Positions 49,413 through 58,902 of a stretch of 64,000 bases of DNA are shown here, piece after piece. This stretch comes from Pseudomonadota bacterium. GTDB taxonomy: Bacteria; Myxococcota_A; UBA796; UBA9615. The stretch spans positions 1 through 64,000 of the forward strand of contig JAAESI010000010.1 in assembly GCA_024229515.1 (NCBI GenBank), in the 5' to 3' direction. Within the stretch, counting starts at the first letter, position 1. Every line of letters starts with the position of its first letter. The translations under genes and the position numbers were made by a program. The notes beneath the pieces are model-generated. The model searched no databases. It saw only the letters and a list, made by a program, of their open reading frames with translations, and was not told the origin of the DNA.

Positions 49413-50417
49413 GTGACCGCCCCGGCCCCCCGCGCTCGTCAGCTCATCCTGACGGTCACGCGCGCCTGCAATCTCCGCTGCTCCTACTGCCCCACCGTCA
49501 AGGACGGGTTCCCTTCCCTCACGGTCGATGACGCCATCGCTGCCGTGCAGCTGTTCGTCGACCGCTACGGCGGAGGCGAGATCAAGCTGTTCGGGGGCGA
49601 GCCGCTGCTGGTCCCCGACGTCGTCGAGGCGGTGCTGGAGCAGACGGCGCGGATGCCCGCGATCACGCGCGTTCAGCTCAGCACCAACGGCCTCGGACTC
49701 GACGATGGTTGGCTCGACCGCCTCGCCGACCACCCCACCGCGGTGCTCCAGATCTCGATCGACGGAGACGAGTCGATCCACCAGCGGTTCCGCCGCAGCC
49801 TGCCCGGGATCCCCGCCTCGTACGCCCACTTGATGGGGCTGCAGGAGCGGCTCGTCGCCCAGCCCAGGCTCGTGGTCACCCAGACCATCGCGCCCGCCGC
49901 GGCCAACCGCGCCGCCGCTTCGTTCGAACACCTCCGCGGCCTCGGCTTCCGCCGATTCAACCTCCTGCCGGGCTACTACCTCGCGTGGAGCGCCCCCCAG
50001 TTGGCGCACCTGCGGACGGCGTTCGACGCGATCGGGGCGAGCCTGCGCGCCACCTGGGCCGAGGACGGCTACGTCTACCTCCGCAACCTGTTCACGCTGG
50101 CCCCGACGCCGTTCTTCAACACCGGGCTGGTGGTCGACAGCGACCGCACGATCCACCCCAGCAACGTCGGCCTGTCCGGCCAACTGGACGGACTTCGGGG
50201 GCAGACCCAGGTCGGCACGCTCGACGATCCCCCCACGCCCGCGGAACTGGACGCCGCCGGCGAGCGGGCCGCCGCTCTGGTCCAGGAGGCGCTCCCGACC
50301 CGCATCCTGGACTCGACCCGCTCCGCCGACGCCGAGCTCACGCGGCTCGTGCGATCCCTCTACCCGAGCTGGGCGGCGTGGCGGAAGCGGCGTCGCGCCT
50401 CCGGGAGCGCGGCGTGA
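49413..50417 (+). CDS. hxsC: Radical SAM maturase, HxsC-like
   Basis: CNLRCSYC triad 19 aa from N-terminus, GGEPLL, SIDGDESIHQRFR; 334 aa; assignment B vs C by size/order is inference. Confidence 0.7.
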   Translation: MTAPAPRARQLILTVTRACNLRCSYCPTVKDGFPSLTVDDAIAAVQLFVDRYGGGEIKLFGGEPLLVPDVVEAVLEQTARMPAITRVQLSTNGLGLDDGWLDRLADHPTAVLQISIDGDESIHQRFRRSLPGIPASYAHLMGLQERLVAQPRLVVTQTIAPAAANRAAASFEHLRGLGFRRFNLLPGYYLAWSAPQLAHLRTAFDAIGASLRATWAEDGYVYLRNLFTLAPTPFFNTGLVVDSDRTIHPSNVGLSGQLDGLRGQTQVGTLDDPPTPAELDAAGERAAALVQEALPTRILDSTRSADAELTRLVRSLYPSWAAWRKRRRASGSAA

Positions 50418-50488
50418 CCAAGATCCACGGGATCGGCGCCCCGGGCGGGCGCGATGAAACTCCCTGGATCGGTCCCGACGGCCAGGTC

Positions 50489-51397
50489 ATGCGGCGGCTC
50501 GAGCTGCACCTGACCTACACCTGCCCCGAGCGCTGCGCGTTCTGCTCCGAAGCGCACCGCATGAGCCGCTTCAAAGCGTTCCCCGTGACCTTCGGCCGCG
50601 TCGCCTCCGTGCTGCGAACTCACGCCTCACGCGGGGTCCGGGCGCTGCACATCACGGGCGGCGAACCAACCATCCACCCCCGCTTCCTCGACACCCTGAA
50701 GCTGGCCCGGAAGCTGGGCATGCGCACATCCGTGGGGACCATCGGCACGATGCTCCAGCGGCCGGCGTTTGCCGCCGAGGTGCTGCCGTTCCTGGACGAG
50801 GCGCTGTTCTCCCTCCACGGCCCCACCGCCGAGTTGCACGACGAGCTCGCGGGGCGGCCCGGCAGCTTCGACCAGGTGACCGCCGCGATCCGGACCTGCC
50901 GCTCGCTCGACCCCGAGTTCGGGGCGTTCGTGAACACCGTGCTGTGCCGCCGCAACCTCGATGCCCTCCCCGACACGCTGCGGCTGGCCGACTCGCTCGG
51001 CGCCTCCCTCATCATCGTCAGCAACACCACCCCCGAGGGCGACGGCTACGACCGGTTCGACGAGCTCGCCCCGCGACTGGACGAACTCACGGCCGCCATG
51101 GCGGCGCTGCCGACGGACGAGCTCAAAGCGACGCTGCGGATCTTCGGCGTGCCGATGTGCCTGCTGGGGGAGCACGCGATGCTCAGCAACGACATGCACT
51201 GGGACCCCCGGGTCACCGTCGAGTGGGCGTCGAAGCCGGGCAAGGTCGTGTTCGACGACTTCTTCAACTGGAACCCCGGCCGCAAGCGCGTGCACGTCGA
51301 GGCCTGCGCCTCCTGCTCCCGCAAGGGGCTGTGCCAGGGGGTGTGGGACCGGTACGCCGAGTTGTGGCCGGTGGACGCCCTGCAGGCGAAGCCGTGA
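50489..51397 (+). CDS. Third radical SAM protein in the Hxs locus (paralogue of the 32971 and 34720 rSAMs)
   Basis: MRRLELHLTYTCPERCAFC, GGEPTIHP, SLHGPTAELHDELAGRPGSFDQVTAAI, C-terminal CASCSRKGLCQGVWD; an alternative GTG start at 50414 overlaps hxsC stop. Confidence 0.7.
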   Translation: MRRLELHLTYTCPERCAFCSEAHRMSRFKAFPVTFGRVASVLRTHASRGVRALHITGGEPTIHPRFLDTLKLARKLGMRTSVGTIGTMLQRPAFAAEVLPFLDEALFSLHGPTAELHDELAGRPGSFDQVTAAIRTCRSLDPEFGAFVNTVLCRRNLDALPDTLRLADSLGASLIIVSNTTPEGDGYDRFDELAPRLDELTAAMAALPTDELKATLRIFGVPMCLLGEHAMLSNDMHWDPRVTVEWASKPGKVVFDDFFNWNPGRKRVHVEACASCSRKGLCQGVWDRYAELWPVDALQAKP

Positions 51398-52515
51398 GCC
51401 TCACCACGCTGGCCACGCCCTGCGCCCTCGTCGACCGGGATCGGGTGGACGCCAACACCGCCGCGATGGCAGCCCGGGCGGGGAAGCGAGGGGTCGCGCT
51501 GCGGCCTCACGTCAAGACGCACAAGTGCGCCGAGGCGGCCGCGTTGCAGGTGAGGGGGCACGACGGGGGCATCACCGCCTCGACCCTGGACGGCGCGATC
51601 TGGTTCGCCCAACGAGGGTTCGACGACGTGACCCTCGCGGTGCCGCTGGCGCCGGTGCGGGCCGAGGCAGCCGTGGTCGCAAGCGAAGGCATGAAGCGGC
51701 TGGGGCTGCTCATCGACTCAGACGCGGCCGTCGACGCGATCGAAGCCGCCGCCCGAGCCCGGGGGCGCATCGTTCCGGTGCAGTTGAAGGTCGACTGCGG
51801 CTACGGCCGCGCGGGGGTGAATCCCGAGGGAGACGACGGGCCGCGCCTGGCCCGGCGGCTCGCCGACAGCCCCCACATCGACTTCGAGGGCGTGCTCGCC
51901 CATGCCGGCCACAGCTACGCCTCCACGACCGTCGATGAGGTGGTGGCGATCGCGGAATCCGAGCGAGCCGTCACGGTCGGGTTCGCCGACCGCCTCCGCG
52001 CCGACGGCCTGGAGGTCCGCACCGTCAGCGTGGGCTCGACGCCGACCGCCGTGCACGGCCGCGACTGGACCGGAGTGACCGAGCTCCGCCCCGGCAACTA
52101 CGCCTTCTTCGACGCCTTCCAGGCAGGCATCGGCAGCTGCTCGACGGACGCCTGCGCGATGACGGTGCTGACGTCGGTAATCGGCGTGCACCCCGGCCGC
52201 AACCAGGTGCTGACGGACGCCGGCGCGCTGGGCCTGAGCAAGGACGCCGGCCCCCGCCACGTCGACCCCGACTGCGGGTACGGAGTCGTGCTCGATCTCG
52301 ACCGCCGTCCCCTCCCCCTCCGGGTCGTCGGTCTGAGCCAGGAGCACGGCGAACTCTCGGTGCTCGACCCCGTGGTCTTCGACACCCTGAAGGTGGGCTC
52401 GATGGTGCAGATCATCCCGAACCACAGCTGCCTCGCCGCGGCGCTCTACTCGCAGTACGTGGTCGTGGCGGGAGGCGAGATCGTCGACCGCTGGGAGCGC
52501 AGCCCCCGCCGCTAG
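51394..52515 (+). CDS. PLP-dependent D-serine dehydratase-like / D-threonine aldolase (DSD1, alanine-racemase fold)
   Basis: LRPHVKTHKC PLP-lysine motif, alanine-racemase-like N-domain, HSYAS; GTGA overlap with preceding rSAM. Confidence 0.7.
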   Translation: MSLTTLATPCALVDRDRVDANTAAMAARAGKRGVALRPHVKTHKCAEAAALQVRGHDGGITASTLDGAIWFAQRGFDDVTLAVPLAPVRAEAAVVASEGMKRLGLLIDSDAAVDAIEAAARARGRIVPVQLKVDCGYGRAGVNPEGDDGPRLARRLADSPHIDFEGVLAHAGHSYASTTVDEVVAIAESERAVTVGFADRLRADGLEVRTVSVGSTPTAVHGRDWTGVTELRPGNYAFFDAFQAGIGSCSTDACAMTVLTSVIGVHPGRNQVLTDAGALGLSKDAGPRHVDPDCGYGVVLDLDRRPLPLRVVGLSQEHGELSVLDPVVFDTLKVGSMVQIIPNHSCLAAALYSQYVVVAGGEIVDRWERSPRR

Positions 52516-53822
52516 TCCGTGGTCTCGTCCTCGTCCGCGGGCTTCGCGTCGGCGGCGAAGGGGTTGGCGTCCATCAGCCGCGTCTCCGCCACGCCGAACT
52601 CGGGCGTGGGCTTCGGGAACCGCGCCTCCACGACCTTGTCGATCTCGACCGAAGCCGCTTCCTCGAGCGGCTCCGGGTCGATCGGCGCGGCCTTCGGGGC
52701 CGGCCCGCCGGTCGGGAAGACCGTCTTGTCGACCTCAGCGTCGGCCGCGTCCCGCATCGAGGCGATCGAGTCCTCCGACTCCGACGCCGGGGGCACCGTG
52801 TCCTGCTCGGGCAGCGGGGGCGCCGCCGCGGGGGGCACCGTGTCAGCGGCCTGAAGCTCGGGCGTCACCGGCGCCAGAGGCTCCTCCTCGGCCACGGGCT
52901 CGGGCTCAGGCGCGGGCTCGACGGCCGCGGGGGCCTCGGCGGGCGGCTCGGGCACGGCCGTGGCCGGTGGCGCGAGGATCGCCTGGCCGGCCGGAGACTT
53001 CGGATCGAGCGAGTCCAACGACTGCCACTGGGAACGCTTCGCGCCCCGCGGCGGACCGGTCCTGATCGCGTCCGCGCCCTCTTCGAAGTGGCGGTACGAC
53101 GGCTCGTCCGCGAGCCCGTAGATCTTCACGTGCGCAAACGCCATCGAGGCGATCGCCACAGGCACGTACATCAGCCCCGGGATCAGGCAGAACATCATCC
53201 CGATGGTCACGATCAGCCCGTTCAGGAACGACAACGCGAACAGCCCGGGGATGTGCTTGCTCGCGCCCCGGAAGCTCCACTTGATCGCGTCCAAAGGCTG
53301 CAGGCCCCGCTCCGCGATGAGCGGGTACGTGAACGCCAGGAGGATGCGCACAATCATCGAGCAGAACAGGATCGAGCCGTAGCCGCCGACCACGATCACG
53401 ATGATGAGCCCGACGGGCGGCTGCCCTCCCGACATGATCGTCGGGGCGAGCATGACCCAGCCGAAGCCGACCATCAGCCCCATGAGCGGGAACGTGATCG
53501 CCGCCGAGATGAACACCGTCAGCAGCGTCGCCGCGAACGACTCCCACATCCACTCGAAGCCCTTGAAGATGTCCCCGGGCCCCGCCTGCTCCTCCCGGAT
53601 CCACTTGAAGACGACGTAGTAGAAGCCGCACATCGCCGGCCCCAGCAGCACGATCGAGCCGTACGGGATCAGCATCGCGAGGAACAACAGGCCGACCAGC
53701 CCCATGGACGGGCCCAGCCGGCCGTCGCCGACGATCAGGCTCCAGCCTGCTCGGATGCACTCGAAAGGTTCGACGGCGACCTTGCTGATCGCCTGTGGGG
53801 GACGCGCCGCTTCCGGAATCAT
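52512..53822 (-). CDS. Polytopic membrane protein with Pro/Ala/Glu-rich C-terminal tail
   Basis: ~7 TM helices in first 260 aa, then low-complexity PEPPAEAPAAVEPAPEPEP region; ATGA overlap with upstream rSAM. Confidence 0.55.
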   Translation of the reverse strand: MIPEAARPPQAISKVAVEPFECIRAGWSLIVGDGRLGPSMGLVGLLFLAMLIPYGSIVLLGPAMCGFYYVVFKWIREEQAGPGDIFKGFEWMWESFAATLLTVFISAAITFPLMGLMVGFGWVMLAPTIMSGGQPPVGLIIVIVVGGYGSILFCSMIVRILLAFTYPLIAERGLQPLDAIKWSFRGASKHIPGLFALSFLNGLIVTIGMMFCLIPGLMYVPVAIASMAFAHVKIYGLADEPSYRHFEEGADAIRTGPPRGAKRSQWQSLDSLDPKSPAGQAILAPPATAVPEPPAEAPAAVEPAPEPEPVAEEEPLAPVTPELQAADTVPPAAAPPLPEQDTVPPASESEDSIASMRDAADAEVDKTVFPTGGPAPKAAPIDPEPLEEAASVEIDKVVEARFPKPTPEFGVAETRLMDANPFAADAKPADEDETTD

Positions 53823-55156
53823 CAGCTTCTCCCAAGGGCCGCCGCCACCGCCTCAATCGCAGGGCGCGCCTCCTCCGCTGTCGTACGCTCCCCGACCTCA
53901 AACCTTGCGGTCCGGTTCCCGAGAACGAGTCGGAACGATGCCTGATCCGGCCCGTTGAAGGTCACCTCGACGTCACGATCGACCCGCACGGCCCCCGCCC
54001 AGCGCCACCCCGCGAACGGGCCCGACGCCTTCAATCGCTTCGCCCGGGCGGCAGCCGCGAGCAAGTCTCGATCGAGCTCGTCGTTCGGTCGGCCGCGAAT
54101 TGCATCTCGCCGACGATCCGCCTGGATGCGCGCCTCGGCGCTCAGCGGCACCAGCTCCTCCAGGCCGTAGAACGCGGCGTACTTCTCGGGCACCCCCCGG
54201 CAGGCATCCCGGAAGCCGCACTCCCCGCACGCGGGGCCGTGAACCATGCCGGCCCGCTGGTGGGCGTACTTGTCCCACACCCGACCCAGCCGCCCGGCGC
54301 CGTCGGTGGTCACCGTGGCGGTGTCCTCGCCCCCGTGTTGGATGCGCCACGCCCACGCCGGCAGCGTGCAGAACGGCAGGTTGCCCACGTTGACGTCGTA
54401 GGTCGGCTCGATCGCTTCGAACGCGCGGAGCATCTCATCGAACGCGGGGGCCATGTCCGTGAACCGCACCAGGATGCGGCGGAGGTGGTCTTCGCTTCGT
54501 ACCCCCGCGTTGGCGGGGCGCACGACGTCGACGTGGAACTGCCGCACCCCGTGATCGGTGAGGAACGCCGCGTACTTCGGCAGCGAGGCGTAGCTGAGTG
54601 CGTTGACGCAGAGGTTCGCGGTCACGTCCTGGTCACGCTCCTTCAGCCAGACCAGCCCGCGCCGGATGCGCTCGAAGGCGCCCTTGCGGCCGACCACCTC
54701 GTCGTGGGTCGCTTCGTCGCCGCCCTGGATGCTGAACCGCCACGTGAAGCGGCCGAGCGCGACGACCTCCTCCATGAACCCGGTCTTCCAGGTGCGCACG
54801 CCGTTGGTGAAGATCGTGATGTCGTCGAAGCCGAGGCTCAGCGCATGCTTCAGCGACGGCAGGAAGCTCGGCTGGATGGTCGGCTCACCGCCCAGGAAGG
54901 TGAGCCGGGTGACGCCTCGGGCCGCCGCCGCCTCCAGCGCCGCGAAGATCGGCTCGGTGTCGATCTTCGGCGCCAGCCCCTGCTCGGTGAGCTGGCCGCT
55001 GACGCAGAAGACGCACCGGTTGTTGCAGAAGTGGCCGAGCTGGATCTCGACCTGGCTGTCGGCGCCCCGCACCGTGACGGACACGGCTTCGGACAGGTGC
55101 TCGGGGCTGTGCCCCTGGGCCCCCGCCCCGCCCAGGAGGCGGACCAGGCCGCTCAT
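53822..55156 (-). CDS. Radical SAM protein (fifth member of the SLHG/ELHD paralogue group)
   Basis: CNNRCVFC triad, GGEPTIQP, SIQGGDEATHDEVVGRKGAFERIRRGL, C-terminal PACGECGFRDAC; ORF extension to 55267 overlaps upstream gene and is rejected. Confidence 0.7.
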   Translation of the reverse strand: MSGLVRLLGGAGAQGHSPEHLSEAVSVTVRGADSQVEIQLGHFCNNRCVFCVSGQLTEQGLAPKIDTEPIFAALEAAAARGVTRLTFLGGEPTIQPSFLPSLKHALSLGFDDITIFTNGVRTWKTGFMEEVVALGRFTWRFSIQGGDEATHDEVVGRKGAFERIRRGLVWLKERDQDVTANLCVNALSYASLPKYAAFLTDHGVRQFHVDVVRPANAGVRSEDHLRRILVRFTDMAPAFDEMLRAFEAIEPTYDVNVGNLPFCTLPAWAWRIQHGGEDTATVTTDGAGRLGRVWDKYAHQRAGMVHGPACGECGFRDACRGVPEKYAAFYGLEELVPLSAEARIQADRRRDAIRGRPNDELDRDLLAAAARAKRLKASGPFAGWRWAGAVRVDRDVEVTFNGPDQASFRLVLGNRTARFEVGERTTAEEARPAIEAVAAALGRS

Positions 55157-55161
55157 CGGGG

Positions 55162-58110
55162 CTACCTCGTGATGGACAGCGAGTAGGACGACGCGGTCGG
55201 GCCGCCGCCGGTCCGGTAGACGCGGATGTACAGGTCGTCGGGCCAGCCGCTGGCGTTGGTGGACCACTGGTTCACGCCCGCGGTCGACTGGTTGTCCGTG
55301 AACGCGTAGTCCGTGTTGCCCGTGCTCGTGCCCGCGCCGCAGACCGCGACGGAGCTGCAGCTGTAGAAGACGTCGAAGTAGTAGTCGGTGGTCGGGCGGG
55401 TCGAGAAGACCACCGTGGGGGTGCCGCCGCCGGGTCGGCCCGAACGCGGGAACGCCACGCGGTACCAGTCGACATCGCCGCTGGTCGGGAGCAGCACGCC
55501 GCCCGGAGTCGACCGCGAGCCGCCGGTGTTGACGTCCCCGAGGTCGTGGGCGCCGCCGCAGGCGTCGCTGATGCCGTCGTCCTGAACCTCGCAGCCGTCG
55601 CTGTAGAAGCCGTTGACGTCGTAGTAGCCGCTGTTGCAGGTGGAGACGAAGCAGTCACCGCCGCTGCAGTTGGTGGTCGCGACCTGGGTCGTCGGGGGGC
55701 ACATGACGGCGCTGTCGCCGTTGTCGAGCACGCCGTCGCAGTCCTGGTCGATCGAGTCGCAGGCCTCGACCGCGCTGGGGAAGATGCTCGGGTCGCTGTC
55801 GTTGCAGTCCACCGGCGAGCAGGCGAGGCCGTCGCCGTAGCCGTCCCCGTCGTCGTCCGTGTCGAGGCAGGGGCAGACCGCGTCGAAGCCGTCGCAGTTC
55901 TGATCGATGCCGTCCTCGCAGATGTCCGTCGCGCCGGGGCTGAAGGCCGGGTCGGAGTCATCGCAGTCCGGGCTCCCGCAGGAGGAGTCGTCGCCCCAGC
56001 CGTCGCCGTCGCCGTCGGAGGTGAAGCAGGCGCAGGGGTCGTTGGCGCCGCCGGGCGTGCCCCAGTCGGTCGTGCCCGTGAGGCCGATCGAGTTGCCGGA
56101 GTGGCACCAGTTGGCGGGGTCGTCGTTGACGATCGGGTCGGGGTTGCCGATGGAGGGGTCCCACCCGAGGCTGTGGCCGGGCGTGCCCGCGGGGTACAGG
56201 CCGAGGTCGTACTCGACGCGGTCGATCTCGACGCTGTCGAAGGACAGGACCACCTCGTCGACGTTCTCGTCCAGGACGAACGAGGTGTACTCGTAGGCCA
56301 CGAGCACGCTGCCGTTGGTCAGGTAGTCGCCGTTGCGGCCGAGCACCACGTAGGTGCCGGCGGGCATGACGATGTCGTCGGCGATGACGTGCGTGTCGGT
56401 GTCGTCGTCGTGGATCTCGAACCCCTGCAGGCTCATCGTCGTGCCGGAGTTGTTGTAGACCTCGACCCACTCGCCCGCGACGTCCGCGACCACCGACGGG
56501 GCCGCCTGCATCTCGCTGATGACGATGTCCCCGACCTCGGGGAGCACGGTGACGACGGCGGTGCCGTAGTCGCCCCAGTCCAGGCCGTCGGTGGCGCGCA
56601 CCTGGCAGGTCCACTCATCGCCGAGGCTGGTCTTGACCGAGGGGAGGATCCAGAGCCCGTCCGAGCTGGGGTCGGGCACGCCGTCCAGCAGCCAGGTCAC
56701 CTCGTAGCTGTCCGGGTTGAGCACCGGGTCACCGTCCGGGTCCACCGAGACGACGTCGATGAGGCAGCTCAGGTCGTCGTCGATCAGGGCGACCGGCGTG
56801 GGCGTGACCGACACGGTCGGCGCGCTGGGGGCGCTGTTGACGATGTCGATGATGTTGCTCGTGATGATCTCGCCGACCGCGTAGCCGTCGAACGGCGCCA
56901 GGTCGCACCAGACCTGCTGGTCGCGGTCGAACCACGTGCCGTCCAGCTCCACGTCAGTCACGCCGGGGACGGGCAGACCGTCCACGTACCAGGTCGCCTC
57001 CCAGCCCTCGGGGTCGCCGTCGGCATCATCGAAGTCGAAGCCCTCGCAGAACAGAATCGACGTCTCGGAGCCGGGATCGGGGGACAGCAGCACGGACTCG
57101 AAGGTCGGCACGGTGTTGCCGATCTGCACCATGTCCACGGCGGTGTTGGAGTCCAGCGTGCCGTCGTTGGCGACGACCTCGCAGGTCCACTCCTGCAGGT
57201 TGATGGTCTGGTCCGAGCTCACCGTGTCGCCCGCGACCACGGTCGGCACGCCGTCGGCGTACCAGGTGTAGTGGTAGGTGATCGGCTGCCCCTCGGGGTC
57301 GGCCGAGCCCTGGGTGATGAGGCACCGCAGGTCGTCGTCGGTGGTCGGCTCGGGCGGGTCGATCTCGATCTCGAAGTCGTACGGCGGCAGGTCCGACGGG
57401 ATGACCGTGAACTCGACGGTCTGCGGGCAGGAGGCGCCGTCGTCGTCGGTGGCCGTGAGGGTGACGACGTGGCCGCCGATGGTGAGGTTGCTGCGGCTGA
57501 ACGTCAGCAGGCCCGACTCGCTGGGGGCGGTGATGTCGAGCAGGCCGTCGAGGTTGTCGAACCACTCGATGCTGATGCCGTCGAGGCCGCGATCGTCGTT
57601 GACGGTGCCGGTGAAGGTGATGACCTCGCCGTCCACGAACTCGCCGCCCTCGGTGGGCTGGGTGATGGTGACGCCGGGGCAGAGGTTGGCCGAGAGGACG
57701 TGGATCGGGAGCAGCGCGTTGTCGGTGGCGCCGTGGCTGTCCTCGACCTCCGCCGTGATCGTCCAGAAGCCGGGGTCCAGGCCGCCGATGAGCTTGTCGG
57801 AGAAGCCGGTGCTGTCGGGCTGGGTGTCGCCCAGGTCCTCGACTTCGGCCAATTCGTCGGTGCGCTCCGCGAGCCAGTGGATGACGAGGGTCGACTCCTC
57901 GTCCTCGGCGTCGGAGACGACGGCCGTGACGGTCAGCCCCGCCGCTTCTTCGATGACGATCGGATCGCCCGACGGGGGCACGATCGGGTCTTCGATGCTG
58001 ACCAGCGGAGGGGTGTTGGGAATGACGGCGACCGGCCCCTGCGGGCAGGCGCTCGCCACCAGGGCCGTGGCGGTGAAGGCAGTGGCGGTGAGGAGCCTAT
58101 CGAGGCGCAT
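55162..58110 (-). CDS. Large secreted lipoprotein with Ig-like repeats, lamin-tail domain, Cys-rich metal-binding-like repeats and PPC-like C-terminus
   Basis: Lipobox LVASAC. LTD signature EMQAAPSVVADVAGEWVEVYNNSGTTMSLQGFEIHDDD...AGTYVVLGRNGD. Repeated CxDxDxDGxG / DQNCDG Cys motifs. GDVDWYRVAF PPC-like motif. Confidence 0.65.
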   Translation of the reverse strand: MRLDRLLTATAFTATALVASACPQGPVAVIPNTPPLVSIEDPIVPPSGDPIVIEEAAGLTVTAVVSDAEDEESTLVIHWLAERTDELAEVEDLGDTQPDSTGFSDKLIGGLDPGFWTITAEVEDSHGATDNALLPIHVLSANLCPGVTITQPTEGGEFVDGEVITFTGTVNDDRGLDGISIEWFDNLDGLLDITAPSESGLLTFSRSNLTIGGHVVTLTATDDDGASCPQTVEFTVIPSDLPPYDFEIEIDPPEPTTDDDLRCLITQGSADPEGQPITYHYTWYADGVPTVVAGDTVSSDQTINLQEWTCEVVANDGTLDSNTAVDMVQIGNTVPTFESVLLSPDPGSETSILFCEGFDFDDADGDPEGWEATWYVDGLPVPGVTDVELDGTWFDRDQQVWCDLAPFDGYAVGEIITSNIIDIVNSAPSAPTVSVTPTPVALIDDDLSCLIDVVSVDPDGDPVLNPDSYEVTWLLDGVPDPSSDGLWILPSVKTSLGDEWTCQVRATDGLDWGDYGTAVVTVLPEVGDIVISEMQAAPSVVADVAGEWVEVYNNSGTTMSLQGFEIHDDDTDTHVIADDIVMPAGTYVVLGRNGDYLTNGSVLVAYEYTSFVLDENVDEVVLSFDSVEIDRVEYDLGLYPAGTPGHSLGWDPSIGNPDPIVNDDPANWCHSGNSIGLTGTTDWGTPGGANDPCACFTSDGDGDGWGDDSSCGSPDCDDSDPAFSPGATDICEDGIDQNCDGFDAVCPCLDTDDDGDGYGDGLACSPVDCNDSDPSIFPSAVEACDSIDQDCDGVLDNGDSAVMCPPTTQVATTNCSGGDCFVSTCNSGYYDVNGFYSDGCEVQDDGISDACGGAHDLGDVNTGGSRSTPGGVLLPTSGDVDWYRVAFPRSGRPGGGTPTVVFSTRPTTDYYFDVFYSCSSVAVCGAGTSTGNTDYAFTDNQSTAGVNQWSTNASGWPDDLYIRVYRTGGGPTASSYSLSITR

Positions 58111-58171
58111 GCCGGGCAGGGTACCAAGGCCCGCCCTGAACCGCCGGTGTAGAGTGTGCCCGCTTCGACCC

Positions 58172-58879
58172 ATGCGCTTGCTGTACACGCTGTTTGCTGC
58201 CCTCTTCCTGCTCCCCTCGGTGGTGCACGCCGATGACGTGGAAGCGGCGACCGAGAAGGTCTACGAGGCCGCGGACGCGATCGACGCGGCGCGGGCCGAG
58301 CAGCAGGCAGGACGGGCGGGCGATGCCGAGCGCCTCCTCGGTGAGGCCGAAGTCCTGCTCATCGACGCCCGCCGGCTCGCCCCCGACCTGCCCCGCATCG
58401 GCTACGAGTTGGCCCGCGTGCACCTCATGCGGGACGACCCCGCGGCCGCCCAACTGACCCTCGAGGGTGCGCTCAAGCTCGACCTCCCCATCGAAGAACA
58501 CGTGCGCATGGCGGGCCTGCTGGACGAGGTCCGCGGGGAGCTCGGCAAGCCGTCCGCGGGAGCGGCGTGGGCGCAGAGCCAGACGATCCGCAACGCCGGC
58601 CTGGGCGTGCTCGCGGGCGGGCTCGCGGCGCTCGGGATCGGCTTCGCCATCGCCTACACGTCCTTTGATCAGGCGGCGTCCGACGGCGTCGACGGAGGCA
58701 ACCTCCAGCTCAACCGGTTCGGCTGGGCGCTCGCCGGGATCGGCGGCGGCATCACCGCCGGCGGCGGCGCGCTGACGATCGTCGGCCAGGTGCAGGTGGA
58801 GAAGCTCCGCTCGGTGCTCCCGGGCCCCTGGCGGCTGGCCGACACCACGGTCCGCTTCGAGCTGCGCGTCCGCTTCTAG
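58172..58879 (+). CDS. Hypothetical secreted protein with C-terminal Gly-rich TM-like segment
   Basis: Signal peptide MRLLYTLFAALFLLPSVVHA; TPR-like helical region; GLGVLAGGLAALGIGFAIAY hydrophobic stretch. Confidence 0.5.
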   Translation: MRLLYTLFAALFLLPSVVHADDVEAATEKVYEAADAIDAARAEQQAGRAGDAERLLGEAEVLLIDARRLAPDLPRIGYELARVHLMRDDPAAAQLTLEGALKLDLPIEEHVRMAGLLDEVRGELGKPSAGAAWAQSQTIRNAGLGVLAGGLAALGIGFAIAYTSFDQAASDGVDGGNLQLNRFGWALAGIGGGITAGGGALTIVGQVQVEKLRSVLPGPWRLADTTVRFELRVRF

Positions 58880-58902
58880 GTGGAGCCCTACCGGAGCGCT
58901 CC

